This document shows positions 40,540-48,634 of a stretch of 53,749 nucleotides of DNA, piece after piece; position 1 is the stretch's first letter; every line of letters starts with the position of its first letter. The notes beneath the pieces were generated by a model that did no database searches, was not told where the DNA came from, and saw only the letters and a program-made list of their open reading frames with translations. Position numbers and translations under genes: made by a program. Source of the DNA: Patiriisocius sp. (GTDB lineage Bacteria; Patescibacteriota; Minisyncoccia; Phycocordibacterales; UBA918); the NCBI GenBank assembly GCA_047624725.1, contig JBLHQB010000001.1:1-53749 (forward strand), written 5' to 3'.

Positions 40540-42813
40540 ATGTATCTCAAGCACTTAACAATTTCAGGATTCAAATCATTCGCCAAAAAAGGCGAGCTTG
40601 AATTTAGTGCACCTATTACTTCTATCGTTGGTCCTAACGGATCGGGCAAGAGTAACGTGGCTGAATCATTTCGCTTTGTGCTTGGAGAGCAATCGGTAAA
40701 AGGCATGCGTGCTAAGAAAGGAGCTGATCTTATCTTTAACGGTTCAGACAGCACCTCACGTGGTAACCGAGCCTCGGTATCTATTACGTTGGATAATACT
40801 AAGCGTGTATTCCCGATGGACTTTGATGAGATCATACTTGAACGGACCGTACATCGGGATGGACAAAATGAGTACCACATCAATAGCTCAAAGGTTCGCC
40901 TTAAGGACGTACAGGAACTTCTTTCTGCTGCTAACATTGGTCCAACTGGTCATCACATCATTTCGCAAGGAGAGGCTGATCGTATTCTTTCAGCAAGCCC
41001 AAAAGAACGTCGAGAGATGATCGAGGATGCTCTAGGACTAAAAGTATTTCAATATAAAAAAGTAGACGCTGAGAAGAAACTGAAGAAGACCCGAGAAAAT
41101 ATCGAACGCGTACAATCGTTGCGTCGCGAGGTTGCACCGCATCTTAAGTTCCTTGAGCGACAAGTAAAAAAGATTGAACGTGCGGTTTTACTGCGTGAAG
41201 AGCTCACTCGTGTATATAGCGAATACCTCAAGCGTGAGGACACGTATATCGCACATCACAGCGATCGTCTTCGTGGCGAGCGAGAAGAGCCAGCAAAGAA
41301 GCTTGAAGAGCTTAAGGAGCAGTTGGTGGAAGCAAAGAAAGTGCTTGCTGATAGTGAAGATGATGAGAAGGGTAATGGCGTGGTTGAGCTTGAAGAGAAG
41401 ATCTCAGCAGTGCGTACACAGCGCCAGGCGCTACTGCGTCAAAGTGGACAGCTTGAAGGGCAAGTAAGTTTCCTCAAGCGTCGTATTGAGCAGGCACACG
41501 ACAAGAGCACACAGAAGTCAGAAGCACCAATCCCAATGTCAGAGATGAAGAAGATTCTGCAGGTTGTGGAATCGTCAGTTGAGAAAGCGGTGAAGAGTGA
41601 TGATGTGAGTGCGTTACAACGGGCACTGTCTGACGTGATGCATACGCTTAAGAAGTTTGTACAAGGAGCATCGGGTGTTGTGGTTGTGAATACTGATACG
41701 GAAGAAAAAGAGTTGGTGGCTATTGAAAAGGAATTACATTCTTCCGAGAAAGAAATTACAGCGGTAGAAAAAGAAGAAGCAAAACTGACCGAGCAGTACG
41801 ATGAACTTAAGCGTTCAATTGAATCAGAATCGCAAGAGAGTCGAGAGGCTGAGCGTGAAGTGTTCCGTGTAGTAGGAGAGCAGCGTGATTGCGAGAATAC
41901 TATTGCGCGTATTGATGGCGAGCTGGGCGTACTTGAGCGCGATCGCAATGAATTCAAGCGAGAGTTGCAAGAAGCTGTGTCACTGATCGGAAGTGGTGCT
42001 TCACGGTACTTTAGTTTTGAAATTGTACTCGATGGGAAGGTAGTGAGTAATAAAGTTATCGCAGAAGAATCACGTGAGCTCCAGCGGGAACGACGACGAT
42101 CATTGGAGAAGATGAAGATCCGTCTTGAAGAACTTGGTGGTGCAAATTCAGATATTGAAAAAGAATATAAAGAAGTAAAAGAACGTGATGATTTTTTGGT
42201 GCACGAAGTTGCTGACCTTGAGGCGTCAGTAGAAAAGCTTGAGAAACTTATTACCGAGCTCGCGCTACAGCTTAACGAACAGTTCGTTGCAGGTATCGAT
42301 AAGATTGGCGCAGAGTTCAATCGATTTTTTGCACTTATGTTTGGCGGCGGGGAAGCGAAGCTGCTGCGAGTGAAGCCAAAGGTTCGTAAGAAGAAGTCTG
42401 ATGATGATCTAGAGGAAGATGCAGTAGCTGAGGAAGAGGATGAGGACGAGGTGGTTGAAGAAGGTGTAGATCTAGACGTAAAGCTCCCAAACAAGCGTGT
42501 GCGAGGTCTGGATATGCTCTCAGGAGGGGAGCGGGCGCTCACAAGTATCGCACTTATCTTCGCAATGAGTCAGATCAACCCACCACTGTTTATTATTCTT
42601 GACGAGACAGACGCAGCGCTCGACGAAGCAAACTCACGACGTTATGGTGACATGATCCAGGCGTTAGCGGAGAAGTCTCAGCTGATCCTTATCACACACA
42701 ACCGAGAGACCATGAGTCGCGCCGGTATCCTCTACGGAGTGACTATGGGGGGAGATGGGGTTTCGAAACTTCTATCTGTAAAGTTTGATGAGGCGGTTGC
42801 TGTTGCGAAATGA
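40540..42813 (+). CDS. smc: SMC-like chromosome segregation ATPase, short form (757 aa, no obvious hinge)
   Basis: MYLKHLTISGFKSF..GPNGSGKSN (Walker A), long E/K/R coiled coil, LSGGERALTSIAL (signature), FIILDETDAALD (Walker B). Confidence 0.78.
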   Translation: MYLKHLTISGFKSFAKKGELEFSAPITSIVGPNGSGKSNVAESFRFVLGEQSVKGMRAKKGADLIFNGSDSTSRGNRASVSITLDNTKRVFPMDFDEIILERTVHRDGQNEYHINSSKVRLKDVQELLSAANIGPTGHHIISQGEADRILSASPKERREMIEDALGLKVFQYKKVDAEKKLKKTRENIERVQSLRREVAPHLKFLERQVKKIERAVLLREELTRVYSEYLKREDTYIAHHSDRLRGEREEPAKKLEELKEQLVEAKKVLADSEDDEKGNGVVELEEKISAVRTQRQALLRQSGQLEGQVSFLKRRIEQAHDKSTQKSEAPIPMSEMKKILQVVESSVEKAVKSDDVSALQRALSDVMHTLKKFVQGASGVVVVNTDTEEKELVAIEKELHSSEKEITAVEKEEAKLTEQYDELKRSIESESQESREAEREVFRVVGEQRDCENTIARIDGELGVLERDRNEFKRELQEAVSLIGSGASRYFSFEIVLDGKVVSNKVIAEESRELQRERRRSLEKMKIRLEELGGANSDIEKEYKEVKERDDFLVHEVADLEASVEKLEKLITELALQLNEQFVAGIDKIGAEFNRFFALMFGGGEAKLLRVKPKVRKKKSDDDLEEDAVAEEEDEDEVVEEGVDLDVKLPNKRVRGLDMLSGGERALTSIALIFAMSQINPPLFIILDETDAALDEANSRRYGDMIQALAEKSQLILITHNRETMSRAGILYGVTMGGDGVSKLLSVKFDEAVAVAK

Positions 42814-42835
42814 CAAATGAGTAAATGTCCGAAGG

Positions 42836-42889
42836 GCATATTACGAATTTAGTTCCCGATTTTTTCTCCCTTGAGAAAATCGCTGGAAC
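42836..42889 (+). repeat. Family B element copy 4
   Basis: GCATATTACGAATTTA GTTCC-CGATTTTTTCTC-cctt-GAGAAAATCG-ct-GGAAC. Confidence 0.8.
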
Positions 42890-43056
42890 TCGAAGTATCA
42901 AATTACCATAGAGCATGTATAGCAGTACTTTGTTCCCGCCCCTTCCTTACAGGAACTGTACACTTTGTCAGTCTTTCCTTTGGAAAACACTAGGCAAAGT
43001 CTTGAGAAGTGACATTGAGTCACTTCTCACCTAGGGCAAATCGCTGGAACTCGAAG
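42877..43056 (+). repeat. 19-nt direct repeat pair flanking two more module-like hairpins
   Basis: AAATCGCTGGAACTCGAAG occurs at 42877-42895 and 43038-43056. Between them are GTTCC..GGAAC (42931-42955) and GAGAAGTGAC-attga-GTCACTTCTC (43004-43028, cf. hairpin 1 of cargo X). Confidence 0.7.
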
Positions 43057-43099
43057 CTCTGAGTATCACAAAACATAGCTATCAGTTTTGTTTGTCATT

Positions 43100-43145
43100 T
43101 AGAAAAAGAAAGAACCTGCGATTATATAAATATATTCGCAGGTTC
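43100..43145 (-). terminator. Rho-independent terminator of ORF 43160-43435
   Basis: Minus strand reads GAACCTGCGA-14 nt-TCGCAGGTTC + TTTCTTTTT. Confidence 0.65.
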
Positions 43146-43159
43146 GCTTTGTTATGTCC

Positions 43160-43435
43160 TTAGACATGTGAAGTACCTCCTCGTACCGTAAGATGTGGCC
43201 AAGTTTCAGTTTCTACTGTCAACAGAATTAATCTGTCGACAGGTGCACCTACCGAAGTAAGTTGAAAATGATGAACGCCTTTTTTCTTGCGTTTGCGTTG
43301 TATTTGATCAGGCGTCAGGTATGACGTGATAATCAAATGGGCTTTCCGAAGAAAACAAGGATCAGCGTTCTGGTTTACTTCCAGAACAAGATCCCATGTA
43401 GGGGGAGGATGTGGCTTGTGAAGAACAATCTCCAT
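43160..43435 (-). CDS. Hypothetical protein (91 aa)
   Basis: Strong AAAGGAG RBS 7 nt upstream, and its own terminator. No family recognised. Confidence 0.55.
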   Translation of the reverse strand: MEIVLHKPHPPPTWDLVLEVNQNADPCFLRKAHLIITSYLTPDQIQRKRKKKGVHHFQLTSVGAPVDRLILLTVETETWPHLTVRGGTSHV

Positions 43436-43487
43436 AGGTCAGCTCCTTTCATTGCAGTACATTAATAATGACATAATTTACTAAAAA

Positions 43488-43524
43488 GTAAAGCACCGCA
43501 GGATTAATCCTGCGGTGCTGTTTT
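43488..43524 (-). terminator. Terminator hairpin after the GNAT gene
   Basis: AGCACCGCAGGATT/AATCCTGCGGTGCT palindrome flanked by A- and T-runs. Confidence 0.75.
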
Positions 43525-44068
43525 ATGTAGATAATGGGTTGTGCACAATCATAAGAATCTCATCATGCCATGCCCCTGCTTTAAAGAGGTGATTCGGATA
43601 TGACCCCACTTCAGTGAAGCCACACTTTTCATAGCATCGTTTCCCTCGCGGGTTGTTCCCTAGGACACTCAGTCGAACATTGCGTAGATTGCGTTTAGTA
43701 AATGCGTACGTCAGCATGAGCTCGAGTACTTTTGTGCCAATACCTTTACTCCAATACGCTTTCTCACCGATAATAATACCGAAAGATGCGGTTTGATTAA
43801 GCTGATCAATGCGATGGAACCCTGTGTTTCCAATAAGTTTTTTATCCTTCTTGTGATAGATCCCCAGCACAAGATGGTCAGTACTTTTGTACGCGTTCTC
43901 AATAAATACATTTTCATTTTCTAGTGTCATTGGGTATTTACCCATACTTAAGAACTGTGTTACTTCTTCATTGTTTATCCACGAAGCCATTGTGCTTGCG
44001 TCATCTGCAGTAAGCAGTACAAGATCTATGTCGGTTCCTTTGAGGAACACTTGGCGTTTGTTTGTCAT
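43523..44068 (-). CDS. GNAT-family N-acetyltransferase (RimJ/RimL-like)
   Basis: 181 aa with ..IGNTGFHRID..GIIIGEKAYWSKGIGTKVLELMLTYAF..NPRGKRCYEKCGF (acetyl-CoA-binding pattern). AAGGA RBS. Confidence 0.78.
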   Translation of the reverse strand: MTNKRQVFLKGTDIDLVLLTADDASTMASWINNEEVTQFLSMGKYPMTLENENVFIENAYKSTDHLVLGIYHKKDKKLIGNTGFHRIDQLNQTASFGIIIGEKAYWSKGIGTKVLELMLTYAFTKRNLRNVRLSVLGNNPRGKRCYEKCGFTEVGSYPNHLFKAGAWHDEILMIVHNPLST

Positions 44069-44382
44069 ATCATTTCCTTTATTATATGTAACGCTGCATG
44101 CAAGAAAACATCCTAAACTGCGGTGCAGCCCAGGATGTAGTTCAGTATCTTATATCTTAACTATTGTGTAGGTAGTAATAGTATGCAGATTTATGAGAAC
44201 CATAGCCACGGCTAGATCGAAGTTTGAAAGAGCGGGGAAGCGAGAGCATCCACATTGTAAAGCCGCCCGCCTTTTTAATAGTGGCAGTTTCAATATTTCG
44301 ATTCGCAAAGCTGTGGCTGTATGTGTTCATAATAATTCTATTTGTACTAGTGATGACGTAGCAAGTCCGAAAATCTTTCACG

Positions 44383-44436
44383 ATGTGTAAGGAGTCACCT
44401 AGCACAACATGTTGTGCTAGGTGACTCCTTACACAT
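44383..44436. repeat. 54-bp perfect palindrome
   Basis: ATGTGTAAGGAGTCACCTAGCACAACAT|GTTGTGCTAGGTGACTCCTTACACAT, centre at 44409/44410. Confidence 0.9.
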
Positions 44437-44470
44437 AAAAAGAACGATACCTTACGGTATCGTTCTTTTT
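44437..44470 (-). terminator. Rho-independent terminator (bidirectional), probably for rnr
   Basis: AAAAAGAACGATACC-ttac-GGTATCGTTCTTTTT. Confidence 0.8.
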
Positions 44471-44577
44471 AATATGCCACTAGAAATTATTTTGAAAACA
44501 CTGTGCTTTCAAACAAGATGGAGTTCGAGGAAGACAAGGGAAGTAACTCGAGACGTACTGTGGCTGTACGGTGAGGG

Positions 44578-46587
44578 TTATTTTTCGCGGTCTGACGAAG
44601 AAATACGCTTGTTTGAGAGTACAAGACTAAAGTCGAGTTGCCGTTCTTCTAGGTCAGCACGCATCAGCTTAACTCGTACTGCTTGACCAAGAGTATATGT
44701 CGAACCTGTCTTGTCTCCCTTGATTCGATACTTATCAGCTTCGTGCTTGAAGTAGTCTCCCTTGATACTTCCAAGGCGCACCATTCCATCTGCCATTGAT
44801 TTCTTTTCCTGTACGTAAATACCCCAGTCAGTTACACCGGTGATGATTCCATCAAATTCCTCACCAACCTTGTCGAGCATAAACTCAACCTGCTTGTACT
44901 TAATAGAGTTACGTTCAGCTCGCACTGCGAATCCTTCTCGGTCAGATGAGTGTGTTGCGGTCTTTTCGATCTTCATCATTTCCTTAGGTCCGATGAATGT
45001 TCCATCAAGATGCTTTCGAAGCATTCGGTGGGCGAGTAAGTCTGGATATCGACGGATCGGAGACGTGAAGTGTGAGTAGTGCTTGAACGCAAGACCGAAG
45101 TGTCCAATGTTTTTAGTACTGTAGATAGCTTTTGCCATTGAGCGGATTGTTGCAACCTTAAGCAGATCCTCTTCAGGGGAACCTTCGACATCCTTAAGTA
45201 GCTTGTTAATTGTTTTTGCATCAACCGTTCCGTCAGTAACTTTAAATTCGTAGCCAAGTGCGTGCACAAAGATGGCCAGCGCTTCAATACGATCAGGATC
45301 AGGTGCGTCGTGAATACGATAGATGAACGCAGTGTCATTACCCGCTTTCTTGCAGATTTTTTCCACCTGTTCAGATACTTTCATGTTTGCAAGAAGCATA
45401 AAGTCTTCAATCATCATCATTGTTTCAATACGAATCTTCGCAACCACATCAATAGGCACACCTGCATCATCGAGCACGAACTTTACCTCTGGTTGTTCAA
45501 ATGCAATAGCACCATTCTTGTATCGGTCCTTTCGTAGCATTCGTCCAAGCGTCATCATGACGTTTAGAGCATCAAGATTGTCGCCACTTTGTGTATCAAT
45601 AACCTCTTGTGCTTCTTGGTAACTAAACCGACGATTAGAGTGAATGATGGTCTGTCCGTACCATTCGCCCACTACTTCCGCGTTAGGGTTCATCTCAAAC
45701 ACTGCAGAGAACGCCAGACGGTCTTCTTCGGGTCGCAACGAACACAGGTCGTTTGAAAGTACTTCAGGAAGCATTGGAATCACACGGTCAACGAGGTAGA
45801 TAGATGTCGCACGCTTCTGTGCTTCAATATCAATAATGCCACTTTCTTCTACGTAGTGTGATACGTCAGCGATGTGGATACCAATTTCGTAGTTACCGTT
45901 TTCAAGTTTCTTGTATGAAAGAGCATCATCAAAGTCCTTTGCGTCAGCAGGATCAATAGTCATTGTCGTTGTGTCCCGCATATCGCGGCGCGTTGGATTT
46001 TCACCCTTAGTGTTTTCAATTGCAGTGGCAAAGATTTCATCCTGTCGTTCATAGAGTGCTTGTCCTGCCTTTGAGATTTCTTCAGGGAAGTTCTCAGAAA
46101 AACCTCCAGAACGAATGATCGCCTGCATTTCAGTTTCATGATCACCAGCTTTACCAAGTGTTTCAATAATTTTCCCAACAGGGTCAGTGTGCGGAGATGT
46201 CCATGACGCAATTTCAGCTACTACTTTCATTCCCTCATCAAGCTCAGTTGATTCCGGAAGAATAGGTCGCACGTGAATTCGATGATTATCAGGTTGGATA
46301 TACCGTACTGCTTTACCAGCTCCTGCTGGTTTTACCGTTCCGACAAATTCTTTGTGTACAGACTCAAGCACTTCAAGTACTTTAGCTTCTTGGCGTTTTC
46401 CTCCTACCTTTGGAAACTCTTCAACTTTCACCGTGTCACCATCAAGTGCAAAGCCAAGGTTCGCTGTTTCAATCAGGAGATCCTCTTGATCTTCAGCCTG
46501 ATCAGGTCGAATAAAAAAGCCGATCCCTTTACCTCGAATCGCAATAGTTCCTTCAAATATGTTGTTGTTTTCGTTAATTTCAGTCAT
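44578..46587 (-). CDS. rnr: Ribonuclease R (RNase II/R family exoribonuclease)
   Basis: RNB-domain signature HFGLAFKHYSHFTSPIRRYPDLLAHR, DPADAKDFDDAL, C-terminal S1 domain (GIITGVTDWGIYVQ). Start set at ATG 46587. Confidence 0.9.
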   Translation of the reverse strand: MTEINENNNIFEGTIAIRGKGIGFFIRPDQAEDQEDLLIETANLGFALDGDTVKVEEFPKVGGKRQEAKVLEVLESVHKEFVGTVKPAGAGKAVRYIQPDNHRIHVRPILPESTELDEGMKVVAEIASWTSPHTDPVGKIIETLGKAGDHETEMQAIIRSGGFSENFPEEISKAGQALYERQDEIFATAIENTKGENPTRRDMRDTTTMTIDPADAKDFDDALSYKKLENGNYEIGIHIADVSHYVEESGIIDIEAQKRATSIYLVDRVIPMLPEVLSNDLCSLRPEEDRLAFSAVFEMNPNAEVVGEWYGQTIIHSNRRFSYQEAQEVIDTQSGDNLDALNVMMTLGRMLRKDRYKNGAIAFEQPEVKFVLDDAGVPIDVVAKIRIETMMMIEDFMLLANMKVSEQVEKICKKAGNDTAFIYRIHDAPDPDRIEALAIFVHALGYEFKVTDGTVDAKTINKLLKDVEGSPEEDLLKVATIRSMAKAIYSTKNIGHFGLAFKHYSHFTSPIRRYPDLLAHRMLRKHLDGTFIGPKEMMKIEKTATHSSDREGFAVRAERNSIKYKQVEFMLDKVGEEFDGIITGVTDWGIYVQEKKSMADGMVRLGSIKGDYFKHEADKYRIKGDKTGSTYTLGQAVRVKLMRADLEERQLDFSLVLSNKRISSSDREK

Positions 46588-46672
46588 ATATATGTACGGC
46601 GCATAGTAGCATTGACGCAGGGTAAAAGCCATAGTATGTTTGATTTAGATTCAGTGCAACAAAGGAAAGAAA

Positions 46673-47077
46673 ATGAAACCTTTTGAAATTAGAATTTCTG
46701 AAGACATTGCAAATGCAGTCCCTGAAGAAAGTGGTCACTTTGGTCGGATTATAAAGGAACCTAAGAAGTCAGGTTCTATAAATCTTGAAGAAATGGATAT
46801 TGATGATATCTTCGACTTGTGGACATACCAGAGATGTTCAATTGTTGGGGGTGTGCAGATGCCATGCACCCCAGAAGACACAGCAGAGAAGCTTCCTACG
46901 GAGTCTCTTCTGATGAAACTTCGCAACTGTAACGTGGATATTGTGTTTGTTACTCTTGATGCCTACAAGCAGCTGATGCACTTAATGATGGCCCCCACGG
47001 TCTCGTACGTCGATAAAAGACCGCCAAAAAGAATATCGGCTCGTGATGCAAACCTATCAGGTCTTCTGGGCTCGTAG
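46673..47077 (+). CDS. Hypothetical protein (134 aa)
   Basis: AAAGGAAAG RBS region and a terminator downstream. No family recognised. Confidence 0.5.
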   Translation: MKPFEIRISEDIANAVPEESGHFGRIIKEPKKSGSINLEEMDIDDIFDLWTYQRCSIVGGVQMPCTPEDTAEKLPTESLLMKLRNCNVDIVFVTLDAYKQLMHLMMAPTVSYVDKRPPKRISARDANLSGLLGS

Positions 47078-47086
47078 TGTTTAAAT

Positions 47087-47113
47087 AAAAGCGGCACAAT
47101 TGTGCCGCTTTTT
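47087..47113 (+). terminator. Rho-independent terminator
   Basis: AAAAGCGGCACA-at-TGTGCCGCTTTTT. Confidence 0.85.
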
Positions 47114-47154
47114 CTCTTGCCTTAATACTATATATATAGTATTGTTCCCCCGTT

Positions 47155-47610
47155 ATGTTAATGATGAGATTACAACGAGTCGGCCGCAAAAACGATCCTA
47201 GTTATCGTATTGTGGTGACTGATAAGCGTACTGGCCCAAAGAGCAACAAGCATGTAGCAATCATCGGATCTTACAATCCGAAGATGAGTCACATTCAGCT
47301 TGATGTGGATGCGGCTAAGGACTGGCTTTCAAAGGGTGTGCAGCCTTCAGATACCGTGCACAACATTCTCGTCGGACAAAAAGTGATTGATGCGAAAAAG
47401 GTAAACCCTCTTCCAAAGAAATCACCTATTGTTGACGAAGAAGCAGTTGCAAAGGCAGCTGAAGAAAAGGCGGCAGCTGAAGAAGCAGCTAAAGCTGAAG
47501 AAGCTGCTAAGGCGGAAGCTGAAGCGTCGACTGAAGAAGAAGTTTCTACAGAAGAAGTTGTAGAAACTGAGGAAGCTCCTGTAGAGGAGGCACCTGCAGA
47601 GGATAAATAA
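47155..47610 (+). CDS. rpsP: 30S ribosomal protein S16 with A/E/K-rich C-terminal tail
   Basis: MLMMRLQRVGRKNDPSYRIVVTDKR..IGSYNP...AKDWLSKGVQPSDTV. Confidence 0.9.
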   Translation: MLMMRLQRVGRKNDPSYRIVVTDKRTGPKSNKHVAIIGSYNPKMSHIQLDVDAAKDWLSKGVQPSDTVHNILVGQKVIDAKKVNPLPKKSPIVDEEAVAKAAEEKAAAEEAAKAEEAAKAEAEASTEEEVSTEEVVETEEAPVEEAPAEDK

Positions 47611-47678
47611 GCAAAGGAGTGTAACGACTATTGCGCATTTATGTCCCGATTTTTTCTCCCTTGAGAAAATCGCTGGAC
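47611..47678 (+). repeat. Family B element copy 5
   Basis: GCAAAGGAGTGTAACGACTATTGCGCATTTAT GTCC-CGATTTTTTCTC-cctt-GAGAAAATCG-ct-GGAC, directly after the rpsP stop. Confidence 0.8.
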
Positions 47679-47700
47679 CAAGTGTACAGGTCTCGCTCTG

Positions 47701-47735
47701 CAACAGCCCTACGTGCTCTGCACGTAGGGCTGTTG
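47701..47735. other. Perfect 15-bp hairpin between rpsP and khpA
   Basis: CAACAGCCCTACGTG-ctctg-CACGTAGGGCTGTTG. Confidence 0.7.
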
Positions 47736-47799
47736 ACGTATACGACAACCTTACGTACTATTGGTACTAGCAACACAATGTGTGTCCGCTTATCAGCCG

Positions 47800-47821
47800 A
47801 ACGTATGACACCATACGTTTT
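47800..47821 (+). terminator. Small terminator-like hairpin upstream of khpA
   Basis: AACGTATG-acac-CATACGTT + TT. Confidence 0.35.
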
Positions 47822-47835
47822 AGTTCCAAACGCAT

Positions 47836-48219
47836 ATGCAAGAAGATCAGCAATTTCTAGAATCCGTCGTAAAGGCACTGGTAGATAATCCAGACAGCGT
47901 AAATGTAAACCGAACTGTAGACGAAATGGGTGTACTTCTGACACTCGACGTACACGCAGATGACATGGGTAAAATCATCGGACGAAGTGGAAACACTGCA
48001 AAAGCAATCCGAACACTCTTACGAGTTGTGGGAATGAAAAATGACGCACGAGTAAACCTCAAGATCAATGAGCCAGAAGGGGGGCGTGTAGTAACCGAAG
48101 ATCCAACTGAAGCAGGAGGAACAGATGATGACATGGGAGAAGCGATGAGTAGTGGAGGAGATGAGATAAGTGCAGAGCCTAAATCGCTCGACGACGCTAT
48201 CGACGATCTCAAAATCTAA
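47836..48219 (+). CDS. khpA: KH-domain RNA-binding protein (KhpA/YlqC family) with acidic C-terminal extension
   Basis: LVDNPDSVNV..DDMGKIIGRSGNTAKAIRTLLRVVG, and position downstream of rpsP. Confidence 0.8.
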   Translation: MQEDQQFLESVVKALVDNPDSVNVNRTVDEMGVLLTLDVHADDMGKIIGRSGNTAKAIRTLLRVVGMKNDARVNLKINEPEGGRVVTEDPTEAGGTDDDMGEAMSSGGDEISAEPKSLDDAIDDLKI

Positions 48220-48336
48220 ATTAACTGGCAAATTTCTTTGTCAGGCTACGAGAAAAAGAGCCTCACCGTACAGTAAGTACGGCTCGGCTCTTTTTTCTTG
48301 CCTTCCGCGAACTTCACTCAGTTAATTTAGATTTTG
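48210..48336. repeat. Perfect 18-bp inverted repeat enclosing family C terminator module copy 3
   Basis: CAAAATCTAAATTAACTG (48210-48227, includes the khpA stop codon) pairs with CAGTTAATTTAGATTTTG (48319-48336). Confidence 0.85.
48253..48300 (+). terminator. Family C terminator-hairpin module, copy 3
   Basis: AAAAAGAGCCtcaCCGTACagtaaGTACGGctcGGCTCTTTTTTCTT. Confidence 0.75.
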
Positions 48337-48407
48337 GTGCATGGTATTACAGATTAATACTGAGAGTGGAAAACATAAACCTTTCGATATATCGAAAGGT
48401 TTGTATT

Positions 48408-48570
48408 CGTCTTTGCGTGAGAAAGTGTTTGCACACTTTCGCAAGTGGTTTAGGAAAATAAAGAACGTAGTGATTATATTTTCTTTATGCGGAGCAACGC
48501 GATAGTGCCTGCTATGTAAATAGCGACAACCTGAACAGCTTCTGTAAGAAGCGGAAGCGTGGCAATCCAG
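48408..48570 (+). repeat. Family A unit split by the long form of cargo X (163 nt)
   Basis: CGTCTTTGCG..hairpins 48421-48440, 48511-48524, 48539-48551..GCAATCCAG. The 57-nt internal segment 48451-48507 is 56/57 identical to 5886-5942. Confidence 0.8.
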
Positions 48571-48634
48571 TGTCAGCGCAGTGTGATGTCTTAATACTAC
48601 GGTTAACCGTAGTATTGAGTAGCCTTTTTATTTT

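Noticed and set aside
41439-42542. 367-aa antisense ORF inside smc, and similar long antisense ORFs (e.g. 26393-27301, 27797-28366, 10534-10980, 11341-11781)
   Set aside because: They are low-complexity Ser/Thr-rich translations on the opposite strand of genes with clear homology-type motifs. This is a typical artefact of codon-biased, stop-poor antisense frames.
43160-44068. GNAT acetyltransferase plus adjacent 91-aa ORF as a GNAT-type toxin-antitoxin pair
   Set aside because: The two genes are separated by a terminator hairpin (43488-43524) and an 87-nt gap. The small ORF lies downstream, not upstream. The GNAT looks RimJ/RimL-like rather than TacT/AtaT-like.
44100-44580. tmRNA (ssrA) or RNase P RNA near rnr
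   Set aside because: There is no tRNA-like 3' end (T-arm + ..CCACCA), no GGGG..TTCGAC 5' end and no tag ORF ending in a hydrophobic tail. Only a weak AAGTCCG match to the RNase P P4 motif was seen.
44157-44686. Two ORFs (44157-44405 minus, 44414-44686 plus) that both begin MLGDSLHI
   Set aside because: The identical N-termini are produced by reading outward from the centre of the 54-bp perfect palindrome. The plus ORF also runs antisense into rnr. Neither has independent support.
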